Shown one piece after another: positions 39,463 to 63,656 of a DNA stretch of 64,000 bases (position 1 is its first letter; each line of letters begins with the position of its first letter). The notes under the pieces are model-generated. The model had not been told where the DNA came from. It did not search any database and saw only the letters and a program-made list of their open reading frames with translations. The position numbers and the translations under genes were made by a program. The stretch comes from Bugula neritina (lineage: Eukaryota; Animalia; Bryozoa): positions 8,647,751 through 8,711,750 of the forward strand of contig OZ037773.1 in NCBI GenBank assembly GCA_964035545.1, read 5' to 3'.

Positions 39463-40416
39463 ATGAATTTTTCATATTTGAACGAAACTTTTTATGACGA
39501 ATGTGTCAATGTGTCAGACAACTGTGACAAAAAAGTCGTATCAACTGCCATCCTGATTATCAACTGTCTTGGTGTTTTAATAAACATTCTACATCTCATC
39601 GTGCTGAGGACTATCCATTCTTTGAGATCAACTAAATACTTTCAAGTGTTGATGAACTGTGGCGCCTCGGATGCTGTTGCAAGTACGGTATTTGCTTTTA
39701 TCCCTATAGCATGCGCCTTAGAAGATACAATAAATGAACAGAGCCAACATGCCATCAGCATTGCAAACTCGGCTATGGCATCGATAATAATAGCTGCCGC
39801 ACTGCTTCGTGCTTATGTTATTGGGATTTCGAGCTACGAAAGATACGTTTCGCTTTGTGACCCTTTCAACTACGAAACAAATAAAGTTGTTCAAAACATC
39901 GGGAGCTTCTTTGCCAGTTGTTGGGTTGGCTGCCCAGTAGTCATGATAATTTTAGAGATTGCGATTTTCAAAGGAACTGACCAATGCTTCACAGCTTCTG
40001 GTTCTGGAGTTCAGTCAGCTATCGAGACTGTAACTGTCTTCTTCCTGTATTTCATTCCAGGAGTAATAACGGTAGTTTGTCTCCTTAAAGTTGGGCTAGA
40101 GTTGAGGCGAATGAGTCGTAGAGTTGCTCTACCAGCCAGAGATGATGCTGTGAAAACTGCTAGTGAGTACGTACTGTTCACTAGCATCTTGTTCTACTTT
40201 TCTTACGCTATAGCAACTATCGCTATTCTAGTCAAGCAATACTCTAACCTAACCGCAGATCAGAAGGAAATTGGAATTAGTGTACTAAACACCTATGAGT
40301 CACTCTACAACATCTTTAACGTGCTTGTGTTTGTCTATTTACACCCGGTTTATTTGAAACAAGTGAGGAAAGTTTTATTATGCCAAAGAACTGCTGCCAT
40401 GACCCCTTCAACATAG
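39463..40416 (+). CDS. Intronless orphan rhodopsin-like 7TM receptor (317 aa), chemoreceptor-like
   Basis: Seven hydrophobic segments, N-terminal N-glycosylation sequons, TM1 GxxxN, TM2 ASD, YERY at the end of TM3 followed by SLCDPFNY. Confidence 0.85.
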   Translation: MNFSYLNETFYDECVNVSDNCDKKVVSTAILIINCLGVLINILHLIVLRTIHSLRSTKYFQVLMNCGASDAVASTVFAFIPIACALEDTINEQSQHAISIANSAMASIIIAAALLRAYVIGISSYERYVSLCDPFNYETNKVVQNIGSFFASCWVGCPVVMIILEIAIFKGTDQCFTASGSGVQSAIETVTVFFLYFIPGVITVVCLLKVGLELRRMSRRVALPARDDAVKTASEYVLFTSILFYFSYAIATIAILVKQYSNLTADQKEIGISVLNTYESLYNIFNVLVFVYLHPVYLKQVRKVLLCQRTAAMTPST

Positions 40417-42421
40417 ACATCAATTATCGAGAGTTGATCAAGGATTATAAAGTTTGAAGAGATATTTATCGTTCTGTAACAATGTTGTTTAAATTACTTT
40501 AGCAAGTAACAATTTGCAATAATTGTAATGCTTAATAAGAAATATTTGTGACATGGAAGGTGACCATTGTTATTATGTTTTCACATACAGCTTTTGTTTG
40601 TGATTTTATTTGCCATACTTAAGTTCTTGTGATATATTGATACTATTTTATGTGTACTTGATGTGATAATAACAATAAACAGTCGGCTCAAATTATTTTG
40701 TTGTCGCTATATAAAATATAAACTTTTAGCGTTAACTGATTAGAGACTCAAATTCACACCAAACTAGTCATTAGAAGTATACTTGCAGATGAAATTCTTA
40801 ATAGCTACTCAAAGTCAAAATTTTACAGGGAATTTGCTGAAAAACTTTTTAAAAACTTAAAAAAGTATCAAACTAGTTTTTATGGTCATAGAAAAGTCAA
40901 ACTAATAAAATTTCTGCTTTTTAAATTGTTTTTGAGAACTGAAAAAGCATTAACAAGTTTGTTAATTCTGAATTTCAGGCTGAGTAATCCATCAAAGAAA
41001 TACACATAATTATACATGTATACGTCTTGAATTTAGCAACACTTGAAAGTGTGTCGGTTTGCACAGTACCCTAAGCATTGGTATATCTTTTTCGAATTGG
41101 AAAAATTACTTTCTATCTGTTAAATATAAATAGTTAGGATCAAACAAACCCAGAGTTTATTGATGCTAACAAGCATTCAAGACATAAGATTTGTCTGCTC
41201 TTTTGGTATAACAAAAAGAAAACTAACAAGTTAAGATTTGATGAGCTACAACTTTTGCTTAGTATTATAGTTATTCCTGTAATAATAAGAAGTGTCTGTT
41301 GCATAAGTCATTAATGAAATGACAGGAAAAGTTATTGAATTGAAATCTATTGAGTTACCAATACATATTATATAACAAGTTGGCAGCTGCCTGTACTAGA
41401 GTTGTCTCACCCTGAATAATTCTATTTACCAAACAAAAAATGCAATAATTCTCTTAATCAACAAAAATTCAAATTTATGTATACAATAAAGTTGAACTTG
41501 CTGCACATTTAGCACATAATGGATGCATAGCATATATACAGTATAAATAACACGTAGCACATAGAACATAATGTAATTATAGCATATATGTAATAGATAA
41601 CAGATAGTGCATACAGCAGATAGCTATATAATAATATTTCTACAATTTCTGTTTTACCAACTAAGATATAGCTTTGCCCAGTGCATGTATGTCAGTTGGT
41701 AGCTTTACATAGGATGAACTTCTTTAAGTCCAGTAATTATAAGAATATTCAGTCTACCTCTACATTAATCTTAATCGGATAAAATATTTATATGTTTTTG
41801 ATGTATACATGTATAGTTGTATATGTAATGTGTGCTGTAGGCTGTATTTTAAGTACTATTGTTCTATCTGCTACTTGCATGAAAAAATAAACCGTTATTA
41901 CATCTTTGGTTTGTTAAATAAAAGTATTTAAAGTCAGACAACTCTAGTACAAGCAGCTGCCAGCAAACTATATATATGAGTAACTTGTGAAAATTTTCTC
42001 AACCCAAAAAAAATTAAAAGACCACAATTTTATTAGTTTTGCATTTCTATGACCATTAAGACCAATTTACGGATTTTGTTTGATTTGCTAAAAAGTATAT
42101 TTGCAAATTTCTCTGTAAGAAATAACCTGGTGCACATTGGAGTTTACAATCAATTATTGATAGAGTATTATGCTTTATTTATTAGCAACAAATAAATATC
42201 TGCAAAATATTTAATTTTATTGTTACAGCAAGTATACATTACTTAGTATTAATATACTCAGTACATGTATGTCAAATCTAATCACAAACAAAAGCTATAT
42301 ATGATATAATAACAATAGCTATCTTTCATGTCACAAACATAAGGCATTACAATTACAAATTGTTACTTGCTGAAGTAAAATGGACGACATTGTTACTGAA
42401 ACGTAAATCCTTTTTCAAAGT

Positions 42422-43396
42422 TTATAATCTTTCAGCAGTTGCTGCTTGTGTTGATGGAGTAACGGCAGTGGTTCTTTGACGTAATATGAGTTTTCTCACT
42501 TGTTTCAAATACACCGGGTGTAGATAGATAAACACAAGCACGTTGAAGATGTTGTAGAGTGATTGGTAGACGTAAAATATACTAATTCCAATATCTTTTT
42601 GTTCTACGGTTAGCTTAGAATCTTGCGAGACTAGAATAGCAATAGTGGCTAGGATGTAGGAAAAGTAGAACAGGACGCTAGTGAACAGAACGTACTTACT
42701 AGCAGTTTTCACAGCATCATCTCCGGCTGGCAGAGCCGCTCTTCGATTCATTCGCCTTAACTCTAAGCCAACTTTAAGGAGACAAACTACCGTTATTACT
42801 CCTGGAATGAAATATATGAAAAAGACAATTACAGTCTCAATGGCTGACTGGACTCCAGAACCAGAAGCTGTGAAGCATTGGTCAGTTCTTTTGAAAAACG
42901 CAATCTCTAAAATTATCATGACTACTGGGCAACCAACCCAACAACCGGCAAAAAAGCTCCCAATGTTTTGAACAACTTTATTTGTCTCGTAGTTGAAAGG
43001 GTCACAAAGCGAAACATATCTTTCGTAGCTCGAAATCCCAATCAGATAAGTACGGAGCAGTGAGACAGCTAGTATTATTGCCTCCATAGCAGAGTTTGCA
43101 ATGCTGATGGCATGTTGGCTCTGTCTGTTTATTGTATCTTCTAAGGCGCATGTAGTGGTGAAAGCAAATATGATACTTGCCACAGCATCTGAAGCTCCAC
43201 CATGCATCAAAACTTGAAAGTATTTAGTCGACCTCAAAGACGGGATAGTGCTCAACACAATAAGATGTAGAATGTTTATTAAAACACCGAGACAGTTGAT
43301 AATCAGGATGGCAGTTGATACGACTTTTATGTCACAAATGTCTGTTACATTGACACATTCATCATAAAAAGTGTTATTCGAATACGAAAAATTCAT
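42422..43396 (-). CDS. Intronless orphan rhodopsin-like 7TM receptor (324 aa), close paralog of 39463-40416
   Basis: Collinear and highly similar to the + strand ORF along its whole length; convergent orientation. Confidence 0.85.
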   Translation of the reverse strand: MNFSYSNNTFYDECVNVTDICDIKVVSTAILIINCLGVLINILHLIVLSTIPSLRSTKYFQVLMHGGASDAVASIIFAFTTTCALEDTINRQSQHAISIANSAMEAIILAVSLLRTYLIGISSYERYVSLCDPFNYETNKVVQNIGSFFAGCWVGCPVVMIILEIAFFKRTDQCFTASGSGVQSAIETVIVFFIYFIPGVITVVCLLKVGLELRRMNRRAALPAGDDAVKTASKYVLFTSVLFYFSYILATIAILVSQDSKLTVEQKDIGISIFYVYQSLYNIFNVLVFIYLHPVYLKQVRKLILRQRTTAVTPSTQAATAERL

Positions 43397-45621
43397 TGTA
43401 CGGAGTTAGTAATGTGCAACTTGCTATGAAAGTTTGAGAGTGCAAAATGAAACTTTAATACTGCAAAGAGAAATTCAGCAAGTATGCATGTGATTGGACA
43501 TTCACAGTTGTTTTAATTACATTTTTAATTCAGCATAACATATGAAGTATAATGAGGTTTCATCATCAACGAGCCTGAATCCAAATGCTTACAGATAACA
43601 TAAAAGGCTGTACTAAAACACGATCAATGACTTTCATCATTGAGTTACAAAAAGATAAAACAATACACCATAATATAAATCAATTCAATAATGACCATTG
43701 ACTCAAAAAATTTGTAATTATTTTCAAAACTTCTTTACGACATACCATAACATTTATTAGCTAGTATTAGACTGAAAGCTTGTTTAAAATGATGCCCCAA
43801 TTTTAACTGCAAAATAAAAAAAATTTCAAAGTCATTCTGATATTTATTTATGTTAAAAGAGCAATAAAGTAACATATAATTTCACAAAGAAACATGTATT
43901 TTCTTCACAATTTTTTTTTATTATAGCCAAAGAATTTTAAAAAAAGTTTTATTTTGTTACTAATTGAAAAAATGTGAATAAAGTCATTTTTGTATTTTCA
44001 AACTAGTCAGCATTCTAGTACATTTTTGTTCACCAACAGCTAAGTTATGACAACCGTTTTACTTTGTAATTATATAGTTTTTTTATAGTTATATGATTTT
44101 AATTTGTAGCCTGTAGCAACTTTAGGTTCTAATAGCTTTCTTGTCTGAATATATTTATTACTTTAATGTTTATAAAGCAATTTAGCTAAAATAAGCAGCA
44201 GTGGTCTAGTGGTTTAGATTTAGTATGGCTGATGAATGCATTAAGGTTAGTAGTTATAACACACCACTTCCTATGTGTTAGGCAAAATAAGATTCACACT
44301 AGGCTATTAGCAACCATTCACTCATGGGCGGTTATACATAAAATAGCCAATCAGAAGTGCTATGCTTTATAGCCAGCAGTGCTATTACCTACGCAATACA
44401 ACTTGCAGGTAGGTGTCACTTGGTTTTCAGAAGTATATTATATGCCCTGATAATATCATAATTGGTAATAGCATATCAACTGTTATCTCGAAAGCTGTTT
44501 ACACATTGCAGAGTGATAAGGACTGTTATGCTCTTTCGTACAGGTTACAAACTAACCACCCTCTCTCCATCACAGTAGCCGTGACTAGTGCATCCTAGGA
44601 AGGTATTATATTTATTACTATTTGGTATGTTATATTTTAGAAAATACTTAACGCATTTTCTGTTTATGATTTGTGTTATTAGATCTCTAAAACATAAAAT
44701 TACAATAGACAGCTAGCTACCAACAAATTATAGTTGTAATTTATATTCAAACCTCTAAGTTTTTAATTAGAAATCAGAGTCATAATATATTCAAGTGTAA
44801 ACTATCTGTTAAAGGCTTGAAATTATGTAATGCTGTTAGTAAACTGTTAGATAATATACAGCTAATGTAAGTGATACTTTAATTTCTTCAACTAACATAT
44901 TCTATACATCCTACATTAACAGGAAATAGATGTCTGTTACAAACCATGTAATTATTTTAGCTCTGCAGAGCACAGCCAAAGCAATTTGTCAACACAAAGT
45001 TGGTGAACTGTTCAAGCTCGTCTGATTCATATAAAATCAAAGTTCTTTTCATAATGCATAGCAGCAATCCCTTGCCAATGCAGCCATAGAGATAGTAAAA
45101 TAGAAAATCTGCTTGGTATCTTTGGTTTAGCAACAGTGCACTAGTCAACTGCTTTTCTGTCATTCCGTAAAATCAAAATCAGCCAGTAAGCCTAAGCCGC
45201 TTTAGTTTGGCTACATTAATCCAGTTCCTTAAGTTAAAAACCAGGTGTTTGTTTTTTTCAACTTACTTGTGTACTAACACACAAATCTCTCAATATAAAG
45301 CATGTTTCATTTTTTTCAATATTTGCACCAAACTTGTTTTCAGTAACTAAACTAGACTAGTTGGTAACAGGGTGACTAATTATTCATTAGGCTTTCTACT
45401 AGTCTTATGTAATTGAAACATCTTTCATTGCAACGTAAGGGCCAAGCACTTCTTTGTGAATAGGTCTTTTAACAAAATGAAAAACATTTAATTTTGCTTC
45501 AACTAATCCTGATTCAAAAATAGTAATTTCATAATATTTTCAGTTTAAAGCTAAATCAAATCTTGTTATCTAACATGACATGCTTTATAAAATTTACAGG
45601 ACTGTTAATTTTCCGGAGGAA

Positions 45622-45850
45622 CCACTTTCAGCTGACCAGAAAAACCACTTTCAGTTGACCAGAGTAGCCGCTTTCAGTTGACCAGAAAAACCGCTTTCAG
45701 TTGACCAGAGAAACCGCTTTCAGTTGACCAGAAAAACCGCTTTCAGTTGACCAGAGTAGCCGCTTTCAGTTGACCAGAGAAACCGCTTTCAGTTGACCAG
45801 AGTAGCCGCTTTCAGTTGACCAGAGTATAGCCACTTCCTATTGACCTGAG
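45622..45850 (+). repeat. 23-bp minisatellite (CCGCTTTCAGTTGACCAGARAAA)x~10 immediately upstream of the glucosidase ATG
   Basis: Tandem units between the acceptor TTTACAG (45599) and the ATG at 45857. Most units contain CTTTCAG. Confidence 0.9.
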
Positions 45851-45856
45851 ATTAAG

Positions 45857-57344
<11,488 letters not shown>

Positions 57345-57711
57345 AAATCGGCTGATGTAACCACTGGAGCTACTGAAATACTATTCATATTTCAGTATAT
57401 ATTTCTATATGCAACAGTCGGACAGTATTTAAATAGCTTAGAGACTCTGAAATTTTGAACAAAGAATTTATATTATATATTTCTACTTGCCTGTCTATGA
57501 AGCATGATAAATATTTTTCTACTATGCAGTCTTAATTTTTAACAATTAGTTCTTTTGTAGAATACTATATTCTATGACCAATTACAATTTTGTGTCTTTA
57601 TATAATATTATCCACTTACAACATATACTGTATAATATATATGCATAGTTGAAAAGTTAATACAAATAATATTTTTAATTCAGCTTTTGGTTATTACTTC
57701 TGGTTATTATT

Positions 57712-57714
<3 letters not shown>

Positions 57715-57800
<86 letters not shown>

Positions 57801-57801
57801 G
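57715..57801. repeat. (TA)n microsatellite
   Basis: Visible dinucleotide run. Confidence 0.97.
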
Positions 57802-58307
57802 TGTGTGTGCCTGCGTGTGTGCATGTGTTCATGTGTTTTGTATTGCATTTTATTTTGCATGAGTGGCAAATAGTATACTGTATGTAGGTGTAGATACAAT
57901 GATATATACATGTACATGTATTACATTATATGAATTAATATTGGCATGAGTCACATATAATATAATAAACATTACTTGCTAGGCTCCAGTTTAATTAAAT
58001 TCCATGTGACTCAGTAATGACCATGGCCCATTATGTATACATGGTTCCTATGGTTACTTCTTGGACAGCAGCCATTTTTGTTATTATCAGCCTTTGTGTT
58101 AAAACTTCCTAAGAATATTTTAGGGTAACTTATGACAGTGAGCTTACATCTACTTCAGTTTATGCATGTGACCATTTTTTTATTATGTGTGGCTAGTGGG
58201 AATAAATTACATACAAGTAGCTGAATTAATATGGTGAGTAACCATGTGAGAAACTTGTCGTCGTGGTAACAGGCTGCAACACTTCCTGTTTTGAACACTA
58301 GAGATTG

Positions 58308-58371
58308 TATAAATGTGACTGAGCTGCTATAGCATTGAGTTATTTCATTTATAGAAAGAAGAGAAGAAAAG
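58308..58371 (+). promoter_or_regulatory. TATA box (TATAAAT, 58308) and short non-coding first exon of the Asn/Gly-rich protein gene
   Basis: TATA box followed ~60 nt later by an AAG|GTAAGA donor. The next acceptor, TTTGTAG at 58878, lies 8 nt before the ATG. Confidence 0.55.
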
Positions 58372-58886
58372 GTAAGAAAAGCTTATAGTTGCATAGAAGT
58401 TGTAAGACAACATAGACATGTGACAGCTCTGACTACATTTCTTGTGTGACTGACTCAAGATTGTTCATTTAATCAACACTCAAGTTAATATGGAAAAACT
58501 TTATTTCTTGTTCATGAAATTGTAGAAAGCTTTTTTTAACTACAAAGTAATAATAATTGAAATTTTAGTAAATCAAGAAATTATCAAATTTTCTTTCTGT
58601 TTTAAAACTTGAAAAGCCATTATTTTTAACAATAAGTCTTCTTTTATTTAGTTTTTTGTAATAAAATAACTCATGCATATCAATATAACAGCAAACAAAC
58701 AATTAATACCTACAATTTCTTTATAAATATTATCTCAACAATAAATATAAAAATTCAAAAAGATGAAGATTTCAAGTTACATTCAAATCAACAGCAAGTA
58801 TGTTAACTAGAATAGATTTTTAATATGGCAATTAAGATATATTTGTATCTATATTATTGCAATATTATATATTTGTAGAAACTATC

Positions 58887-60157
58887 ATGATCAGAATATT
58901 AGCATTGGCTGTGGTGATGGCTGGGGTGAACTCCCGCCCTCCATACTATAATCTCCATAGCCTTGGTACCAGTGGTTATGGCAACAATCACCATGGTTAC
59001 GGCTACCAAACGCATGGCCTCCATGATGGCACAGGCTATAAAAGCTATAACACATATGGGCGCGTTCTCAGCCATCCCAGAAATGGGTATAAGATCTCCC
59101 ATGAAACTCTCCAACATACTGAAGGCTACAATAGTAACGATAGAGATGTGGTAAACAAACATGGCGGCTATTCTAAACCAAGTTATCAACCCCATACTGC
59201 TTCCCATGACATGACTGGTAAACTGCTTAGAGCTACATATTATAATCAAGGCAAGTATTCTTTGTTTCGTTTGAACATGAGAGATTCGCAATTGTATGGA
59301 ATATTCTAGTCCTTTTATATACTAATGTTGAATAGCTGTTACTGAGATGAATTCTTGTACAATAAGTCATTTAATTTAGTAATTAGATATTTATTATAAC
59401 TTGTCTATTACTACTTTATGTAATACTTGCAGCTCTAGCAGCTAACAATGGAATCGGAAATGGTAATGACAACGAGGGTCATGGAGAAAATGGGAACATT
59501 AATGGCAATAAGAACTACGGATTAGGAAATAATGGAAATGGAAACGGTAACATAAATCTGGGAGATGGTATGAGTGGTAACATGAATGGCAACCTCAATG
59601 TTGGCAATGGTTATAATGGTAATGCTAATGGTAATGTGAATCATGGCAAGGGTTATAATGGTAATGCTAATGGTAATGTGAATTATGACAATGGTTATAA
59701 TGGTAATGTTAATGGTAATGTGAATTATGGCAATGGTTCTAATGGTAATGCTAATGGTAATGTGAATTATGGCAATGGTTTTAATGGAAATGCTAACGGT
59801 AATGTGAATCATGGCAAGGGCTATAATGGTAATGCTAATGGTAATGTGAATTATGGCAATGGCTATAATGGTAATGTTAATGGTAATGTGAATTATGGCA
59901 ATGGTTCTAATGGTAATGCTAATGGTAATGTGAATTATGGCAATGGTTTTAATGGAAATGCTAATGGTAATGTGAATCATGGCAAGGGCTATAATGGTAA
60001 TGCTAATGGTAATATGAATTATGGCAATGGTTTTAATGGAAATGGTAACGGCAACGGAAATAAAGGAAACACTGCAAGCGGAAACAATAGTGGTAATGGG
60101 AACAGCGGAAATGGCAAAAATGGAAATGGCAACGGCAACGGAAACTACAAAAAATAA
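58887..60157 (+). CDS. Secreted low-complexity protein (351 aa): signal peptide, His/Tyr/Gly-rich region, Asn/Gly repeat domain; exons 58887-59217, 59433-60157
   Basis: Signal peptide MIRILALAVVMAGVNS. A phase-1 GT-AG intron joins the two track ORFs in frame (1056 nt). About 11-12 repeats of the 14-aa unit NGNANGNVNYGNGY. Confidence 0.85.
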
Positions 60158-60719
60158 ATATTTTGACAAGGGGGCTCTATCTGAGATGAATAATTTTAAT
60201 ATTTGTTTATTTACGTTATATACATATTAGTTTGTTACAGTTAGTTATTCTTATTGTATATTAAAAAAATTTAATGTTGTTTTCAAGTTGTTGAATTTTT
60301 GGCATTAAAAGTTCTGTTAAATCTATATCTGTATTTTTTATTCTTTTAATTCTAATAGCAACAAAATGAAAACATTTATGTGTGATATTCACTTAATTTC
60401 TAAGAGCACCTAAAATTCTATTCAAATTTTATTTTGAAAAGCATTATCAATTTAACATATTTTTAAATTTCACCAATGTTAGCAATTGAAATATAAGATT
60501 TGCCTCCCTTGACAAATTTTTAAGCATTGTTTTTAAGCACTTTTCTGATATTTTTTATAAACAAATAAAAATGTGTAATAAATATTATTTGAAATGAAAA
60601 TAAAATAAGAAGATGCAAAGATTTAAAAAAGAAGCAGTTTATAGCAAAATATAATGTTTTCACACTTTTATTATAACAAAAAGGCTTTGATTAGGTGATG
60701 TTAACTAAATAACCAACTC

Positions 60720-60836
60720 ACACTTACCTGGGACAAAAGCATCTGTGATCAAGAAGGGGGATCCCCAGGAAGAGGCCTTATCAGTGCACCTCGGTTTGGT
60801 TGACACCTGCGGTTATCCCAAATGTGGATAACTTGG
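60720..60836 (+). ncRNA. U1: U1 snRNA-derived sequence, 3'-truncated (pseudogene or variant)
   Basis: ACACTTACCTGG 5' end, GATCAAGAAGG (SL1 loop-like), CCCAGG..GAGGC, TGCAC (SL2 loop), CCTGCG and an SL3 hairpin GTTATCC-CAAATGT-GGATAAC, in U1 order and spacing. No Sm site or SL4 follows. Confidence 0.8.
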
Positions 60837-62189
60837 GAGAACTCAAGACAAGTAGGAGTCTGATAATTATTATATGATGAATAATCATTATCAGTCCTCT
60901 TGTAATTTCTCTTTGCATGCTAATACACTATTAGTCTCAAAGGAGGGAAGTAAGCACCAGCCATCCATTACATGCTGGTTGGAATCACAGGTGAGTGAAT
61001 TGCTCAGTGTTAGCAGTTTATGGATTTTAAATTGTAACTTTTGGCAGCAGGTTGAATTGGTATTAATTTTAAAATAATAACTCAGTTTATTACAGCTTTG
61101 TTGTGTATACAAACCTGTATGCTGATTACCAATGGGTACCACTAGCCAACAATGTGAATAATTTATATGGTATTCCAAATTTACCTCTAATACTGAAACT
61201 CATCAATTCTTTACTCAAAGAGTTTAGTCATGGCTTCAGAACAAGGCTACACAAATTAATAGCTAGCACCACAACTCATTTCTGTTATTCTGAATTCTGC
61301 TTAAGTTGCATACGAGAACCTTGATACATTGAAGGTAATAGCAAACTGTTGAGGCAATGCTAAATATTTCTTGTTATTAAGTAATAACGCTTATAACTTT
61401 TATTCATTTTGATTAGCTGAATGATTTCAACTCTTAATTTTCCTGCCATGCGGTGATTACTTGCTGGTCAAGTAACAAATAAATGCTAATGGTTTGCCAG
61501 AATTATTCTTGCTCCGTTCCTTAAGAAATTGCACCAACCAATCAGAGCTGGTAGCGGCAGCTGTCAAGATGCTGGCATGCAGAGACAATTACTGATGCAT
61601 CATGAGGCAGACGAGCTGTTGAAACATTCTGAGGTTGTGTTGAGTTTAATGTTGCTGCAGTATACTGAGTAATTATGAAGTTGTGTTCTCATTGCAATCA
61701 CTGAGTCAATATTCAATACATGTATTACTAATAATCATTTAACCAGATACATTAGGGATTTGAAGGCTAACTCACTCATTACCACCCTCACATACTTACC
61801 ATGTTTCAATCAAATCATCTGATATGTAACAGAAACAACTTCCAATAACTAATCATCTCAGCTTTAGATAGATCTGTTATAAGCTAGCAGCAAATAAGTT
61901 GATTGATGATGATTGTAGCAAAAAATTTACTAAAAATTGTGCCATCTGTGTTTAGAGGCACATGCAGCGTTTATATTGTTGCAAATACTTTAGCCAATAT
62001 TGCAAACTATAAAAAGAAATGCGAAAAGTGCACATCTTTATTATCAAAGCCACTATTAGGTGTTCGAAAAAGCCTTTCAACTACAGCAAAAGTATCAAAA
62101 GTAAAGTGTACGTGAAGCAACAATTTATTATTTTCCCACCAAATGCTAAATATTACAAAAAAACAATTGCTAACTGTATTAAGAAAAGT

Positions 62190-62771
62190 CTAATGATGTT
62201 TCCAGAAATCATGAATATTGTTGAAGTGGCTGAACCAGCTCTTTCCTGCGTATTGAGGTCGGCCAGTGGGTCTGTAAAAGAGGGCACAACTCTCACAATA
62301 TCATGTGGTTTGCAAAGGGGTAAATAAAGCTTGTAGATGATCCATAAATGAGTGTGACAAAACTATAACACTGCAGGCTATCATAAGGATGAGCAAGTAA
62401 GAGTTGCCTCCTCAATGCAAAGTTTTTAAAATATGAAAAGCTTGAATTGCTTTCTAAGAACTGGGGCTATAAGCAAAAGGAGACAATGTTTATCTTAACC
62501 TGTTTGTTAAGCTAAAAAAATCCCAAAACTTGACAGTTTGGTTTCAGTCTTAGTAATCTTCCCTACAAACCATGTTAAATTATGTTCACAACAAGGTTTT
62601 TAAAGCGATGCTTTTTTTCAACTCATGAAATCAACACAGACCCATAAAGTAAGAAAATATGTTTGGTAACTCAAACTGTGTAATGTTAGTATGAAATTAT
62701 TTATTGGTGTCACAAGTATTAGTCTAAGACTGAGTTTCACTCACCGCCAGTTCACCGGTCTCCCAGTAGGC
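62190..62771 (-). CDS. Possible 3' end of a minus-strand gene: 27-nt micro-exon 62771-62745 and terminal exon from 62271
   Basis: Strong sites TTTGTTTTTGCAG|...|GTGAGT and CTTTTACAG|. The phase-2 join reads PTGRPVNW-RPTGRPQYAGKSWFSHFNNIHDFWKHH*. Confidence 0.4.
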
Positions 62772-63656
62772 CTGCAAAAACAAATAGTTGTTAGGTAAAT
62801 GATAGCTAATACCTACATAATATTTCTCTACCAACTTTGCTACACCTGTAAATATTATATTACAATTCATAAAAGCCTAACCACACAGTATTTTAATGTA
62901 TAAAACATCTGCATGAGTAAATTTTAAGCTTAAAGGATTGCTCTATCTTGTCTAATAAATGGCCATTTAGGTCAAACACACATAATATTGTGTTTTTCTA
63001 AGCATGCATTGACAAAAAGCATTTGACCAAAGGTAGAAAAAGTTAGTTGAAGTTGAGGGTGTAAATGTCAGTCACGTGCAAATGTCAGTCATGTGCACGT
63101 TACTGCACGTTCACATGCCTTAAGACGTACTGATGGTTACTGGAAGAGGCCTGTGAAGATTAAAATAACTGAGGTACAATGCTTATATATCTCAGACCTG
63201 GTTTTGTCTAAAATACCACCAGGATAATATGCTGGTGGTATCTTTTATATTATTATATAATATATATTATAATATAACGTATATTATAATATATTATAGC
63301 ATATTATATATTATTATTATATATTATAATATATTATAACATCATTATGTGCAATTGAGATGTTTGGGACCATTGAGACTGTAAGCACACAGGCAATACA
63401 GGTATACCAAAATAAAAATCCAACATAAAGCTTTCAAAACAACTTGAAAAAATTATTTAAATTTGACTCCTTGAAATGTTGGTCGCAGCAATACTTGGCA
63501 AACAAAATCTGTATTGTTATATAGGAGTTATTTCCTTTCTTCTTACACACTTCAGTTCGTATATACGTCTTATAACCGTTTATTTCGTAATTATCGTATT
63601 GTTTAGAAACGATCACATAAGAGGCGAGGTTGCTCTGTCACTATAATTTAAACAAC

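Noticed and set aside
59522-60169. Minus-strand Ile/Thr-rich 215-aa ORF
   Set aside because: Antisense shadow of the AAT/GGT codon repeats of the Asn/Gly protein, which has the signal peptide and splice support.
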